Positions 29,206-39,082 of a stretch of DNA of 58,603 nucleotides are shown in pieces. The stretch spans positions 1 to 58,603 of the forward strand of contig JBHLMP010000017.1 of assembly GCA_048938025.1 (NCBI GenBank). Reading direction: 5' to 3'. The stretch comes from Promethearchaeota archaeon. GTDB lineage: Archaea > Asgardarchaeota > Lokiarchaeia > Sigyniarchaeales > SOKP01. A model generated the notes under the pieces. That model worked only from the letters and a program-made list of their open reading frames with translations, did not search any database and had not been told where the DNA came from. The stretch's first letter is position 1, and the number at the start of each line of letters is the position of its first letter. The position numbers and the translations under genes are program-made.

Positions 29206-31095
29206 TTAAATAATATGAGATTGTTCTTTTTCAATTCCAAGTTTCTGAAGATTTTTCTCTGTGGGAATTCCATTATTATCCCATCCATGTAGAGTATAAT
29301 ACTCATCAAGCATCTCTTCAAATTTTCTTTTATCAATTTTAATACCTTTCACTCTTGGAAGTCCTATAGGAGTAACTTCTTTAAAGTAGCGTTCTGGTAA
29401 AATATCGTCTTTTCTTGAAAATCCCTCTCTATTGTTAAACATTCTTTCAATAGTATAAATTCTCTCACCAATATCCATAAGTTGAGAGTTTGAAAATTGC
29501 ATCCCAGTAACTAAATGGATTAGTTTTGAATATTCCTCCCATTTTGGAGCATGAACAGCCAAGAATACTGTTTGAAACTTACACGTGCCGAGTGAATCTG
29601 TAACTGCGTATAAAAGTTCTTGCCACCAAACCATACGACTTTTCCCTTGATAAGATCGATAATCTGAAGACATTTTTCCACCATATATTTCTTCTAAAAA
29701 ATCTTCTGGTAATCCATACAGATCTATAGCTGGGCGACTTCTCAAATGATCGGCTCCTCTTGTTGAGGTGGCAATACCCAAAGCCAAACTAGGCGTAGGA
29801 CGCTCATCTGAATGTAAATTACTCATACCCTTTACTTTAATGGCATAAAATTCAGATTCCTTTCCAATCTTAGCTATTGCGTTTTCAAATCCATCAGCTA
29901 GTACATTACCAAATCCTTCTCTTTGAGTGATTTTTCTAATAAGTTCAAAAACGACTTCTTCATTACCCCATTCAAGCTTTAATCCGTCTGTCATATTTTC
30001 AGTAAGTATTCCCTTTTCGTATAGTTCCATTGCCCAAGCTATGAGGCCTCCAGTTTCTAATGTATCTAAACCATATTTGTTGACAAGATGGTTCCCAACA
30101 AGAATAGTTTCCATTTTTTTGCAATCTACCATAGTACCAAATGCTCCTAATGAAGTGTATTCTGGACCTTCTGCGAAAATAGGTGCATAGGGCCCATCCT
30201 TTAATATATAACGGTGTCGACAGCTGACAGGGCAACCATAACAACCAGACATCCCAATTGTATATTTATCTAATTCTTCAGGTTCAATATCCCATCCCTG
30301 CTCTAGCTGATTTAATTGAAAATTTCTTGTTCGAATTAATCCAGTAGTATTTGTAGCACTATAAATTATGAGTGTGCCCCATTTTGATGCCGCTCTTGAA
30401 TACCGATTTTTCATAACCTTATCAATCATTTCTTTGCAATAATCCAATAATTGGTCTGGATAAGCAAATTCTATATCCATTGTACCACGAGTAGCTATTG
30501 CCTTTAAATTCTTTGAACCCATAACACATCCCATACCTGTTCGTCCTGCAGAATTCTTCATGCCAGTTCTTATATTAGCAAAACGCACAAGATTTTCACC
30601 TGCATTACCTATTACTAAAGATTTAATTTCTTCATCTCCATGATCTGAGCGAATAAGTGTTTGCGTTTTAAACGTATCCTTCCCCCAGAGATAGTTTGCA
30701 TCCTTTATTTCTATTTCTCCATCATTTATCCAAAGATAAACAGGTTTATCTGCTTTTCCTTTTATTACCAAGTGATCAAATCCCGCCATTCTCAGTTCAG
30801 GGGCAAAGAAACCTCCAACATTAGAGTCGCCAACTGCTCCAGTTATCGGTGATTTTGCTGCAATATCACATCTACCACTCCCAAGTGCAGGGATTCCAGT
30901 AAGTAATCCAGTACCTATAAGTAAAACATTTTCAGGGCTTAAAGGATCAATTCCAGGTGATAAATAATTGTATAAAAGATACATATCTACACCTCTTCCA
31001 CCTAAAAATTGCTTTCGGATTGATTTTGGAATTGCTTTTTTTACTATATCTCCAGTAGATAAATCAATATAAGCAATTTTTTTATTCCAAACTAT
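29206..31095 (-). CDS. aor: Tungsten-type aldehyde:ferredoxin oxidoreductase (AOR/WOR family), predicted ATA start
   Basis: KSPITG..GDSNVGG.F..ELR.AG.D, GRTGMG.VMGSKNLKAI, CYGCPVSC, EGPEY, YGLD, RGADH, DSLGTC. The frame extends upstream of ATG 30984 through IAYIDLSTG...FLGGRG to ATA 31095, behind AAGGTGG. Confidence 0.93.
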   Translation of the reverse strand: MVWNKKIAYIDLSTGDIVKKAIPKSIRKQFLGGRGVDMYLLYNYLSPGIDPLSPENVLLIGTGLLTGIPALGSGRCDIAAKSPITGAVGDSNVGGFFAPELRMAGFDHLVIKGKADKPVYLWINDGEIEIKDANYLWGKDTFKTQTLIRSDHGDEEIKSLVIGNAGENLVRFANIRTGMKNSAGRTGMGCVMGSKNLKAIATRGTMDIEFAYPDQLLDYCKEMIDKVMKNRYSRAASKWGTLIIYSATNTTGLIRTRNFQLNQLEQGWDIEPEELDKYTIGMSGCYGCPVSCRHRYILKDGPYAPIFAEGPEYTSLGAFGTMVDCKKMETILVGNHLVNKYGLDTLETGGLIAWAMELYEKGILTENMTDGLKLEWGNEEVVFELIRKITQREGFGNVLADGFENAIAKIGKESEFYAIKVKGMSNLHSDERPTPSLALGIATSTRGADHLRSRPAIDLYGLPEDFLEEIYGGKMSSDYRSYQGKSRMVWWQELLYAVTDSLGTCKFQTVFLAVHAPKWEEYSKLIHLVTGMQFSNSQLMDIGERIYTIERMFNNREGFSRKDDILPERYFKEVTPIGLPRVKGIKIDKRKFEEMLDEYYTLHGWDNNGIPTEKNLQKLGIEKEQSHII

Positions 31096-31325
31096 ATTAT
31101 ACCACCTTTACTTCTTAATTTCAGTAAAACGTAAATCTCTAATATTTTTATTGGAATGGGAATCGGTGCCCACATTTGCAGCAGAATTAAATTGAGAATG
31201 AAAGTTATTAATAGTTTTGACTTCAAAAATTAAAATAATTTACTTTTTATTTAAATTTTCCATTAGATTTAAATATTTCAACGAAAAACTAATAATTAAT
31301 AAATTAATTTAAAATTGTATAATGG

Positions 31326-31345
31326 AAACCGTTTAGCAACAGTTT
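31326..31345. promoter_or_regulatory. Candidate operator (imperfect inverted repeat) between the divergent aor and small zinc-ribbon genes
   Basis: AAACCGTT-TAGC-AACAGTTT, one mismatch between arms. Confidence 0.35.
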
Positions 31346-31382
31346 AATAATTATATTCTTTTTAAAAAAAAGTGATCCTTAT

Positions 31383-31538
31383 ATGAGTGAAGGTTCTCAA
31401 TGCAGATGCTTAAATTGTTTAGAACGCTTTCCAATTAAACCAAATGCAAAAGAAGCTACATGTCCTCGTTGTAAAATAAAATATCGAATTTCTTGGCCAT
31501 GGCCAGGACAACCAAAGATTCGAGGATTAGCGAAATAA
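31383..31538 (+). CDS. Small zinc-ribbon protein (51 aa), below the ORF-track cutoff
   Basis: MSEGSQCRCLNCLERFPIKPNAKEATCPRCKIKYRISWPWPGQPKIRGLAK*, with two CxxC pairs. Confidence 0.8.
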   Translation: MSEGSQCRCLNCLERFPIKPNAKEATCPRCKIKYRISWPWPGQPKIRGLAK

Positions 31539-31547
31539 CATAATGAT

Positions 31548-33089
31548 CTACATAGCTGATTCAATTATTTCTATAATATCATAGATCTTTATTGAGTTTT
31601 TAGAAAGAAAATTCATATGTGAAGCAAAACGGAAATTCAATTGGCACAATGGGCAAGCTGTTGTTAAAATATTGACATTAGTTGGAATTAAATCTTCTTT
31701 AAGCCGGGTATATGCCAATTCCTTACTAACTTGATTATTATATGTCCAAAGTCCACCTCCTCCGCCACAACATCGCGCAAATTCTTTATTTAAAGGCATT
31801 TCTATGAGGTTAAGATCAGGTATTGCTTTCAATACATTACGAGGTGCCTCATACACTTTACAATGTCTTCCTAATGAACATGGATCATGATATGTAACAT
31901 TTAAATTTAAGGGTTTTAGCTTGAGTTTTTCTTCTCTTATTAATTTTTCAATATATTGTGATGTATGAAGGATCTCACAAGGCATCTCGAGATTAAGGAT
32001 TTCAGGATAAAGTCTTGTAAACGTATAATAGCACCCAGAACAAGGTGTTATCAAAGTCATTGCCTCAGTTTTCTCAATTCGTTTAATAACTTCATTAGCA
32101 ACTTTAGTAGCTTCTTCCCATAACCCAGATGAAATTAAAACATACCCACAACATCCTTCCTGTTCTCCTAACATGGTAAATTCGACGTTAACATGATTTA
32201 AAATATTGATAAATGCTTCAGCTGTTTTCGGGGTTCTAGTTGCTACTGTACACCCTAACCAACATAGAGTATCTGATTTTTCTGGTAAATACAATTCAGA
32301 AAGATTTTTTATCCGTGTAAGGCGATGGGTGACGGGTGTAGCACTAGGATCCCCATTTTCAAAAATATTATTTGCTGCTCTATGAAAGATTTGTGGGACC
32401 AAACTCTTTTCTGCCATATCATGCCTTAAATGAAGTATTGCTTCATGAAACTCTAAATCTGGAAAGCATTGGGCGAAACACAGTCCACATTTTGTACAAT
32501 TATATAAAATATCAACAATCTTATCTGAAAAGTTTAATTCTCCATTCATTATTCCTTTGGTTATGAGCATTCTTCCCTTCGAAGACCATGTTTCTACTCC
32601 ATTAAAAGAAGATGATACTGTACAATATCCACTGCAGGTAATACATTGTCGACATTTGTTTAGGGTTTTTCCATAAAGTAAGTTTTGAACCAATAAAGCA
32701 AGATTCCTATAAGTTCCATATCCTGCTATATGCAGTTCATTAAACTTTGTGATATTATCATCCTTTTCTCCAATTTTTTCAGAATAATTTTCAAGTTTAG
32801 GGATTTTTATGTTATCTAATAAAATTAAAAATTTTGATGTTTTATCATTAAAAGATGAAGCTTCTTCACCTCTTTTAATCAATATAACATTCTCTTTTTC
32901 TAATAATTCTATTACTTCCTTTTCTTCCTTCAAGGAGGAAACTCTAACTATAATATCAGGCTTTGAATAAGTTTGGTCTAAAAAAATCTTTTCAAACGAA
33001 TATACATAGCGGTCTTCTAAATCAGTCAATACTTGACTTTCCTTTAAAATCCGATTTAATTGTTGGATAATTCTATTCTTGGAATCCAT
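31548..33089 (-). CDS. GlcF/HdrD-like Fe-S oxidoreductase (two CCG domains) with degenerate GlcD-like N-terminus
   Basis: CITCSGYC and CTKCGLCFAQC, WLGC, EGCCG, TPCSGC, YHDPCSLGR, CCGGGGG, TACPLC. Confidence 0.88.
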   Translation of the reverse strand: MDSKNRIIQQLNRILKESQVLTDLEDRYVYSFEKIFLDQTYSKPDIIVRVSSLKEEKEVIELLEKENVILIKRGEEASSFNDKTSKFLILLDNIKIPKLENYSEKIGEKDDNITKFNELHIAGYGTYRNLALLVQNLLYGKTLNKCRQCITCSGYCTVSSSFNGVETWSSKGRMLITKGIMNGELNFSDKIVDILYNCTKCGLCFAQCFPDLEFHEAILHLRHDMAEKSLVPQIFHRAANNIFENGDPSATPVTHRLTRIKNLSELYLPEKSDTLCWLGCTVATRTPKTAEAFINILNHVNVEFTMLGEQEGCCGYVLISSGLWEEATKVANEVIKRIEKTEAMTLITPCSGCYYTFTRLYPEILNLEMPCEILHTSQYIEKLIREEKLKLKPLNLNVTYHDPCSLGRHCKVYEAPRNVLKAIPDLNLIEMPLNKEFARCCGGGGGLWTYNNQVSKELAYTRLKEDLIPTNVNILTTACPLCQLNFRFASHMNFLSKNSIKIYDIIEIIESAM

Positions 33090-33246
33090 TCACTCCACTT
33101 AAATATAAAGGTTGACTTAAGTATTAAATCTAAAAATTCATCATTTTTAGATTAGGAAATATTAATAAAAAATTATTAACCTTGCTATTAAATTTTAAAA
33201 TTCTTTTGGAAAAAATTTTTAATCTCATCAGAATATTAAGAATTTA

Positions 33247-33528
33247 ATGGCAGATGTCACATTGAAACTAATGACAATATTTTCAACTGATATTGGATTA
33301 ACACAGATTAAATATTCAGATGTTAATACATTAGGTGATGTGATAGATCAATTCATGAGTAAGCACGGAAAAAGAATACGGAAAAGTTTTATAGATTCGC
33401 AAGGAAATTTAGAGAGTCATGCAGTTATTCTGGTAAATGGAAGAAATTACCTCTTTTTAGATGAATTGAAAACAAAATTAAAGGATGGAGATGAAATAAT
33501 AATCTCCCCCCCACTTGTAGGAGGATAA
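33247..33528 (+). CDS. MoaD/ThiS (SAMP-like) ubiquitin-fold sulfur carrier
   Basis: ILVNGRN...LKDGDEI.ISPPLVGG with the C-terminal GG. Confidence 0.9.
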   Translation: MADVTLKLMTIFSTDIGLTQIKYSDVNTLGDVIDQFMSKHGKRIRKSFIDSQGNLESHAVILVNGRNYLFLDELKTKLKDGDEIIISPPLVGG

Positions 33529-33534
33529 TTATTT

Positions 33535-34005
33535 TTATAAAACTAGTAAATTTATCCAATCCGCTATAAGAGCAGGTTTATCTTGTCCTTTAATTTCTAT
33601 TAGATGATGGGATGTAAATTTCACACCCCTTTTTACTAATTCAACTTTTGAGATATATGAAACATCTCGAATATAAGATCCAACTGGAACGGCAGAAATG
33701 AACCTAATTTTATCAAATCCATAATTAAGTATTGCTTTTGCATCTGTTACATAGAATTGCATCGAATCTCTTTTACCATCTTGCAAAGTAAAGAAACCTA
33801 GCATAGATAAGACAAAAAAACCATGAGCAACAGTCCTCCCATAGATTGAACTTTTTGCTTCTTCTGGGCTTACATGAATATATTGATGATCTTTCATAAG
33901 ATCTGCGAATAGGTTAATATTTTCTTGATTTACTTTATACCATTCAGTAGTAAATTCTTTACCAATGTAATTTTTTATATCAATAGCTTTTATTTTATTA
34001 ACCAT
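33535..34005 (-). CDS. MaoC-like (NodN-type) hotdog dehydratase
   Basis: FADLMKDHQYIH, TVAHGF, LNYGFDKIRF..VPVGS, KPALIAD. Confidence 0.88.
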   Translation of the reverse strand: MVNKIKAIDIKNYIGKEFTTEWYKVNQENINLFADLMKDHQYIHVSPEEAKSSIYGRTVAHGFFVLSMLGFFTLQDGKRDSMQFYVTDAKAILNYGFDKIRFISAVPVGSYIRDVSYISKVELVKRGVKFTSHHLIEIKGQDKPALIADWINLLVL

Positions 34006-34140
34006 TTTTTTCTTTCTTTTATCTTAAGTATTTGATGGAAATTCTTTTTATCATTCGAATTGTTATTTACAAAGTTTTTTATTCTTAATTCTTTAAAAAT
34101 TATACTTATTTAATTCCTAAAATTTCCTCCTCTAGCAATT

Positions 34141-35367
34141 TTAGCTCTCTTCTAATTGTTCAATAAAAGCTTCTATGCTTGTTCTTGATTGTTCGTCAGA
34201 AAGACATCTCAAGTCGTTTAAATCTCCATTTATAATTAAGTTTGGTACCTCCGTATCTATTTCAAGTCTTTGCGGCATCCCATAGCGGGAATTAGTATTA
34301 TGTGGACACGTTTTTGCATCATGAAAAATTATGCCATCAATTTTAAAAAATTCTATCATTTTGTTGAGATATTTTTCTTTATATTCATCTGAACGTACGA
34401 TAAACAGTTCAGTATAGGCTTTTGCCATACTAGTAAAAGGATCGTTTTCATTAAAAGCTGAAAAGATCCAACTATTACAGTAAGTTGAAGCAACTACACA
34501 TGCTCTAAGACTAGCAAATAGCTCAGAATAGTGTCTAAGTCTTCCCCAAATAGGCATTCCTTCCCAATAAAGTCTAAAACGTTCATTCTCTACCGCTCCT
34601 TCCTGGTTTTTTACTCTATCTTGTAATTCTTTTAATAGGATCCTATAATAATCCACAGCTTGTTGAGTTCCTCTCAAAACTACAGCAGGTCCCATATGGA
34701 TGGTTCCATCAAAAAAAGTGATAGGTGAAGGTATGTTGGCTGCTGTATCTAAAACCTTTTTCCAAAGATCAGAGCATTCACGAGAGAGTGAAACAATTTC
34801 TTTAAGTCTATTAATCTCAAATGTAATATGCGAAATCTTCTCTAAGGATTTAATTAAATCTTCCATTTGTTGTTTTATAAATGTAATATGTGAGGTTGTA
34901 ACTTCACCCACATTTCTAGGTGTAGAAATGCCAATTAATGGAACGTTATATTCATTAGCAAACCATCCAAACCAATCTTGAACCTCTCTACATTGATTTG
35001 TATTAAATACAAGCACATCAGGTTTTGGCACACTCTTAATATCAGGGTAGACTTTTGATAATGGAGTTACTCTTTTTAAATATGCCCCAATATCAGCAGT
35101 AAGATATGAACATATTTCTGGTGAATAACCTATCGCATTCGCATATGGAATTAAATCTGTGGCCATTCTTGAGGAACCTAACATAGCACTGTGGTTTTCT
35201 GGGAAATAAACTTTAAATTCTAGACTTCTTAAAATTTCTGCTGGACCAACACTCGAACACCAAGCAACTTTCTTCTCATCACTTTTAGAGGCATGATCTA
35301 ACTCATGATAATAATCAGACATTAATTTGTTTAATTCTTTCACTGCCAGTATTTTCTTTCTTAGCAT
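34141..35367 (-). CDS. 2-hydroxyacyl-CoA dehydratase/benzoyl-CoA reductase family subunit (FldB/HgdA-like)
   Basis: GPAEI, FPENH, GYSPEICSY, PKPD, NQC, DGIIFH...C, GDLND, IEAFIEQL. Confidence 0.88.
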   Translation of the reverse strand: MLRKKILAVKELNKLMSDYYHELDHASKSDEKKVAWCSSVGPAEILRSLEFKVYFPENHSAMLGSSRMATDLIPYANAIGYSPEICSYLTADIGAYLKRVTPLSKVYPDIKSVPKPDVLVFNTNQCREVQDWFGWFANEYNVPLIGISTPRNVGEVTTSHITFIKQQMEDLIKSLEKISHITFEINRLKEIVSLSRECSDLWKKVLDTAANIPSPITFFDGTIHMGPAVVLRGTQQAVDYYRILLKELQDRVKNQEGAVENERFRLYWEGMPIWGRLRHYSELFASLRACVVASTYCNSWIFSAFNENDPFTSMAKAYTELFIVRSDEYKEKYLNKMIEFFKIDGIIFHDAKTCPHNTNSRYGMPQRLEIDTEVPNLIINGDLNDLRCLSDEQSRTSIEAFIEQLEES

Positions 35368-35408
35368 TAAAGATGCCTCACCATTGATTAAGTTGTACTT
35401 TCAAAAAT

Positions 35409-36617
35409 TCAGTCAACTTTTACTTCCAAAACAAGAGCTGCACCAGTATCTCCTGCAGCACAACCGTCAGCTAAACCTAATCCTCCCCCTTTCTCCACCA
35501 ACTCTTCTATTAATTCTATAATAATTCTCATCATTGTAGGTGCTTGAGGATGACCATATATAAGTGAACTTCCATAATTATTCATATCTTTCCAATCGAT
35601 ATCCATCTCTTTACAGAAATAAATGTCATTTACTGCAAAAGGATTATGTGTTTTAATTACTGATACATCTTGTATGGAAATCTCTGCATTTTGTAGTGCT
35701 TTATTTGCAGCCGGAACAATTGCCATAGCCATATATCCTTTCTTTGTTTTATGTTCTCCATAAGAGACAATTCTTACCTCAACATCTTCTCTTTTCCTTA
35801 ACTGATCCGATTTTTCTTTTGTAGCGACGATAAGACCACAATTTGCATCTGCAGGATGGGTTTGAGTTCCATAGGTTATTGTACCTTCTGGAAGTACTGG
35901 TTTAAGTTTCGACAATCCCTCTATAGTTGTTGGATATATACCTTCATCACCTTCTACCGTTGCCAATACTTTTCGCCCAGAATGATCTTTAACCTCGATT
36001 GGTTCGATCATATATTTCTTTTGGAATGTTCTATTATCTCTCAAAGAATCTTGATACTGATTATAACGTAATATGGTGAGTTCGTCTTGTTCTTTTTTAG
36101 TAATTCCTACTTCTTTAGCTACATTCTCACCTGTTTCGATCATAGCATTTTTAGCAAAAGGATCTCGACCAAAATTATCCCATACCCAATTTTCTGCGTC
36201 TAACGTGCTTCCTGGTGCTTGAGGGTTCGGATAGACAAGATGAGGTCCATTGGAACATCGATCTGTGGTTACTACAAGTACATTTTTGTTTGTTTCCGTT
36301 TCTATATTCTGCGCAGCAATCGAAATAGAATTGGTCCCTGTCGCACATGCTTGACTAATCATAGGTCCAGTAACATGTTCAGCTCCAATCATACTTGCTA
36401 ACCAAGGTCCTCCATAGAAACAATAAAGCTGTGGAATTGTAATACCCAATATGAGTTCATCAAAATTATTAGGAGAGATTTCCCTTTCATTTAAAAATCT
36501 AGTGGTCATATCCGCCGCAAACTTTATCGCATGAAGATTCTGAAAGCTACCTTGCCATCGGCTAAAAGGGGTGCTCCAATAGGCTCCATAAGGGATATAA
36601 GCTTTTTTAAAAGACAT
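35409..36617 (-). CDS. Thiolase family protein
   Basis: YWSTPF, SQACATG (catalytic Cys), HPAD, KTHNPF, NNYGSSLIYGHP, GCAAGDTG. Confidence 0.9.
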   Translation of the reverse strand: MSFKKAYIPYGAYWSTPFSRWQGSFQNLHAIKFAADMTTRFLNEREISPNNFDELILGITIPQLYCFYGGPWLASMIGAEHVTGPMISQACATGTNSISIAAQNIETETNKNVLVVTTDRCSNGPHLVYPNPQAPGSTLDAENWVWDNFGRDPFAKNAMIETGENVAKEVGITKKEQDELTILRYNQYQDSLRDNRTFQKKYMIEPIEVKDHSGRKVLATVEGDEGIYPTTIEGLSKLKPVLPEGTITYGTQTHPADANCGLIVATKEKSDQLRKREDVEVRIVSYGEHKTKKGYMAMAIVPAANKALQNAEISIQDVSVIKTHNPFAVNDIYFCKEMDIDWKDMNNYGSSLIYGHPQAPTMMRIIIELIEELVEKGGGLGLADGCAAGDTGAALVLEVKVD

Positions 36618-36663
36618 TTAATTTACACTCTTATTTAGGATTGATTATTTTTCTTATAGTTAC

Positions 36664-38244
36664 TTATTCATTATTAATTTGTTTATTAAATCGTTCTTTT
36701 AATATGCGATGAATAACTTTTCCTGAACCCGTCCTAGGCATCTCTTCTGAGCTAATATATACACATTCTTTTGGGAGCTTAAATCTTGCTAACTTATCTT
36801 CGCAAAATTCGCGTATTTCATTGGTCAGCTTATCTGCAGATTCCACTTCTTTATTTAAAACACATACTGCAGTCACCCTTTCTCCCCATTTATAATCCGG
36901 TAAACCAATTACAGCACATTCAATAACATTTGGATTGGATATAATAACTTTTTCAACTTCAGAAGGATAAACATGTTCTCCACCTGTAATTATCATATTA
37001 GCCTTCCGATCTACTAAGTAATAAAATCCTTCATCATCTCTTTTAGCCATGTCACCTGCGCTAAAGTATTCTCCCTTAAATGAATCTCTAGTTTTTTCTG
37101 GTAATTTGTAATACTTATCGAACATTTGTGGTCCACGAGAATATAGTTCACCAATTTCCCCTTCAGGCACTGGATTCTTATCTTCATCCAATATAAGTAT
37201 GCGATCAGTACCTATGCATTCTTTTCCTATAGATCCTAACTTATTCATTTGATCTTCAGGTCGAAGGAGAGTAACCAGACCAGCCTCTGTCGAACCATAA
37301 GCTTCAAAAAGCTGAGTCTTTTCAAAAAGTTTCATTACTTCTAGTTTCATCTGTTTAGAGGCAGGAGCTGAAGACGTTAAAAGAGCTCTAACAGAACTAA
37401 GATCATATTTCTCCTTTACTTCTTTTGGAAGGTTTAATATTAAATTATAGTGGGTAGGTATCATTGAAGTAAAAGTTATTTTCTCCCGATGAATTATCTC
37501 TAATATTTCTTCAGGATCAAATTTATACTCAATATGGATATAGCATGGAGCACCTAAGTAAGTGAAGACAAATGAATAGAATGTAGAATTTACATGAGAC
37601 AGAGGCATTAAAATCATTCCATAATCTTGAGGAGTAAATGAAAATTCTGCTTCATTAATCAAAAAAAAGGCAGTATAAGAACTATGGGAGCGTACTACTC
37701 CTTTTGGTCTCCCTGTCGTACCTGATGTATAAAGGATTACCCAAGTATCTTCAGGCTTTACTTTAACATTCGGAAAAGTATTCTCCCCCATCGATACAAT
37801 GTCTTCGTAATATTTCCAACCTTTTGTCGGTGCATCTGCAATTAATATACGATCAACGTTCTCAAATCCTAATTCTTTTGCTCTTTGCCATATTTTTTCA
37901 GTGGCTTCACGAAATCTGGATTCTACAAATAACCATTTTGCGTCTGAATTATTAATTATAAATGATATTTCATCTGGATGCAAACGAAAATTTAATGGAA
38001 CGATTATGAATCCTCCTTTAGCCGCCGCAGAATAAATTTCCATAAATTCTATCGAATTATTAGATAAAATTGCTAATTTGTCCCCTTTTTTTATTCCATT
38101 TTTAAGAATTCCATTTGCAAGCTTATTAGATCTTTCATTTAGTTCTTTAAAAGTCAATTTTCGTTTTACGTCTTTTAAAGCAAGTTTATCGGGATACTTA
38201 GTGGCATTTACATTAATAATTTCACCTATATTAAGCCATGACAT
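36664..38244 (-). CDS. AMP-forming acyl-CoA synthetase
   Basis: YTSGTTGRPKG, YGSTE, GD, VDRK..MIITGGE, PRTGSGK. Confidence 0.93.
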   Translation of the reverse strand: MSWLNIGEIINVNATKYPDKLALKDVKRKLTFKELNERSNKLANGILKNGIKKGDKLAILSNNSIEFMEIYSAAAKGGFIIVPLNFRLHPDEISFIINNSDAKWLFVESRFREATEKIWQRAKELGFENVDRILIADAPTKGWKYYEDIVSMGENTFPNVKVKPEDTWVILYTSGTTGRPKGVVRSHSSYTAFFLINEAEFSFTPQDYGMILMPLSHVNSTFYSFVFTYLGAPCYIHIEYKFDPEEILEIIHREKITFTSMIPTHYNLILNLPKEVKEKYDLSSVRALLTSSAPASKQMKLEVMKLFEKTQLFEAYGSTEAGLVTLLRPEDQMNKLGSIGKECIGTDRILILDEDKNPVPEGEIGELYSRGPQMFDKYYKLPEKTRDSFKGEYFSAGDMAKRDDEGFYYLVDRKANMIITGGEHVYPSEVEKVIISNPNVIECAVIGLPDYKWGERVTAVCVLNKEVESADKLTNEIREFCEDKLARFKLPKECVYISSEEMPRTGSGKVIHRILKERFNKQINNE

Positions 38245-38493
38245 CGTTTTATCCTCTTTTATTCATTTTTTGACTGGTTCTGAACGATTTCTAAACATAT
38301 TTTATTCTGTTTTTTAAAGATAATATTAAATAATAAATCTTTCTTTTTATAGTATTTACCTTATATTAAATCGTCTTAGAATAACTGAAATGGTAACTAT
38401 ATCGTTAAAAATTATGTGGGTAAAATATCCCATACATTAAATGGTGAATATTAAAAAAATATTAAAAATTAGAAAATTTTAAAAAAAAGAGAT

Positions 38494-38934
38494 TTACATA
38501 ATTATAACTTGAGCTTCTCCGTCTGTTACAACTTCCTTGTTTTGATTTAAGACTTTAGTATCTACTTCCAGGAATTGCAAAGTTCCACTTTTTCCTTCTT
38601 TTGTATATTTTTTTGTTATCGTAGCTACAGCAGTCAATGTATCTCCAATATATACTGGTTTTTTAAATACGACTTTTTGAGAAGCATAGAGTGCTCCTGC
38701 TCCAAACATATGAACACCTAGAACTGCGGAAATTAGAGCTGAACTAAAAGCTCCATGAACAACCCGTTTTCCAAACATTTGCGTTTTTGCAAATTCTTCG
38801 TTTACGTGAAGTGGATTAAAATCTCCACTGATTCCAGCAAATAGGGTTACATCGGCTTCAGTAATGGTTTTACTACAAGAAGCTGAATCTCCCTCTTTAT
38901 AATCATCAAATTTAACGATTTCTGTTTTCGACAT
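38494..38934 (-). CDS. (R)-specific enoyl-CoA hydratase, MaoC/PhaJ-like
   Basis: FAGISGDFNPLH, RVVHG, F.KPVYIGDT. Confidence 0.92.
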   Translation of the reverse strand: MSKTEIVKFDDYKEGDSASCSKTITEADVTLFAGISGDFNPLHVNEEFAKTQMFGKRVVHGAFSSALISAVLGVHMFGAGALYASQKVVFKKPVYIGDTLTAVATITKKYTKEGKSGTLQFLEVDTKVLNQNKEVVTDGEAQVIIM

Positions 38935-39082
38935 AAATTAATCTAATGAAAAAAAAGATAAAAATCTTGACTAAAAATATTTGAAAATGGTATGATTCCA
39001 AATAAAATATAAATATATGGTAGGTATAATCTGAAAATAGAACAATCTTTTAATTAAATATTAAAAATACTGGGAAAATCTA

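Noticed and set aside
29206-31095. AOR-family gene as BamB (class II benzoyl-CoA reductase)
   Set aside because: It has the ordinary AOR-type EGPEY active-site segment, there are no bamC-I genes around, and a class I reductase is already present.
31150-31190. GC-richer patch upstream of aor as a Moco/Wco riboswitch or zinc-ribbon remnant (FCCKCGHRF)
   Set aside because: Only a weak short hairpin and no intact ORF, so neither reading can be supported.
36664-38244. Calling this gene benzoate-CoA ligase
   Set aside because: Only generic adenylate-forming motifs are visible, so the substrate cannot be assigned.
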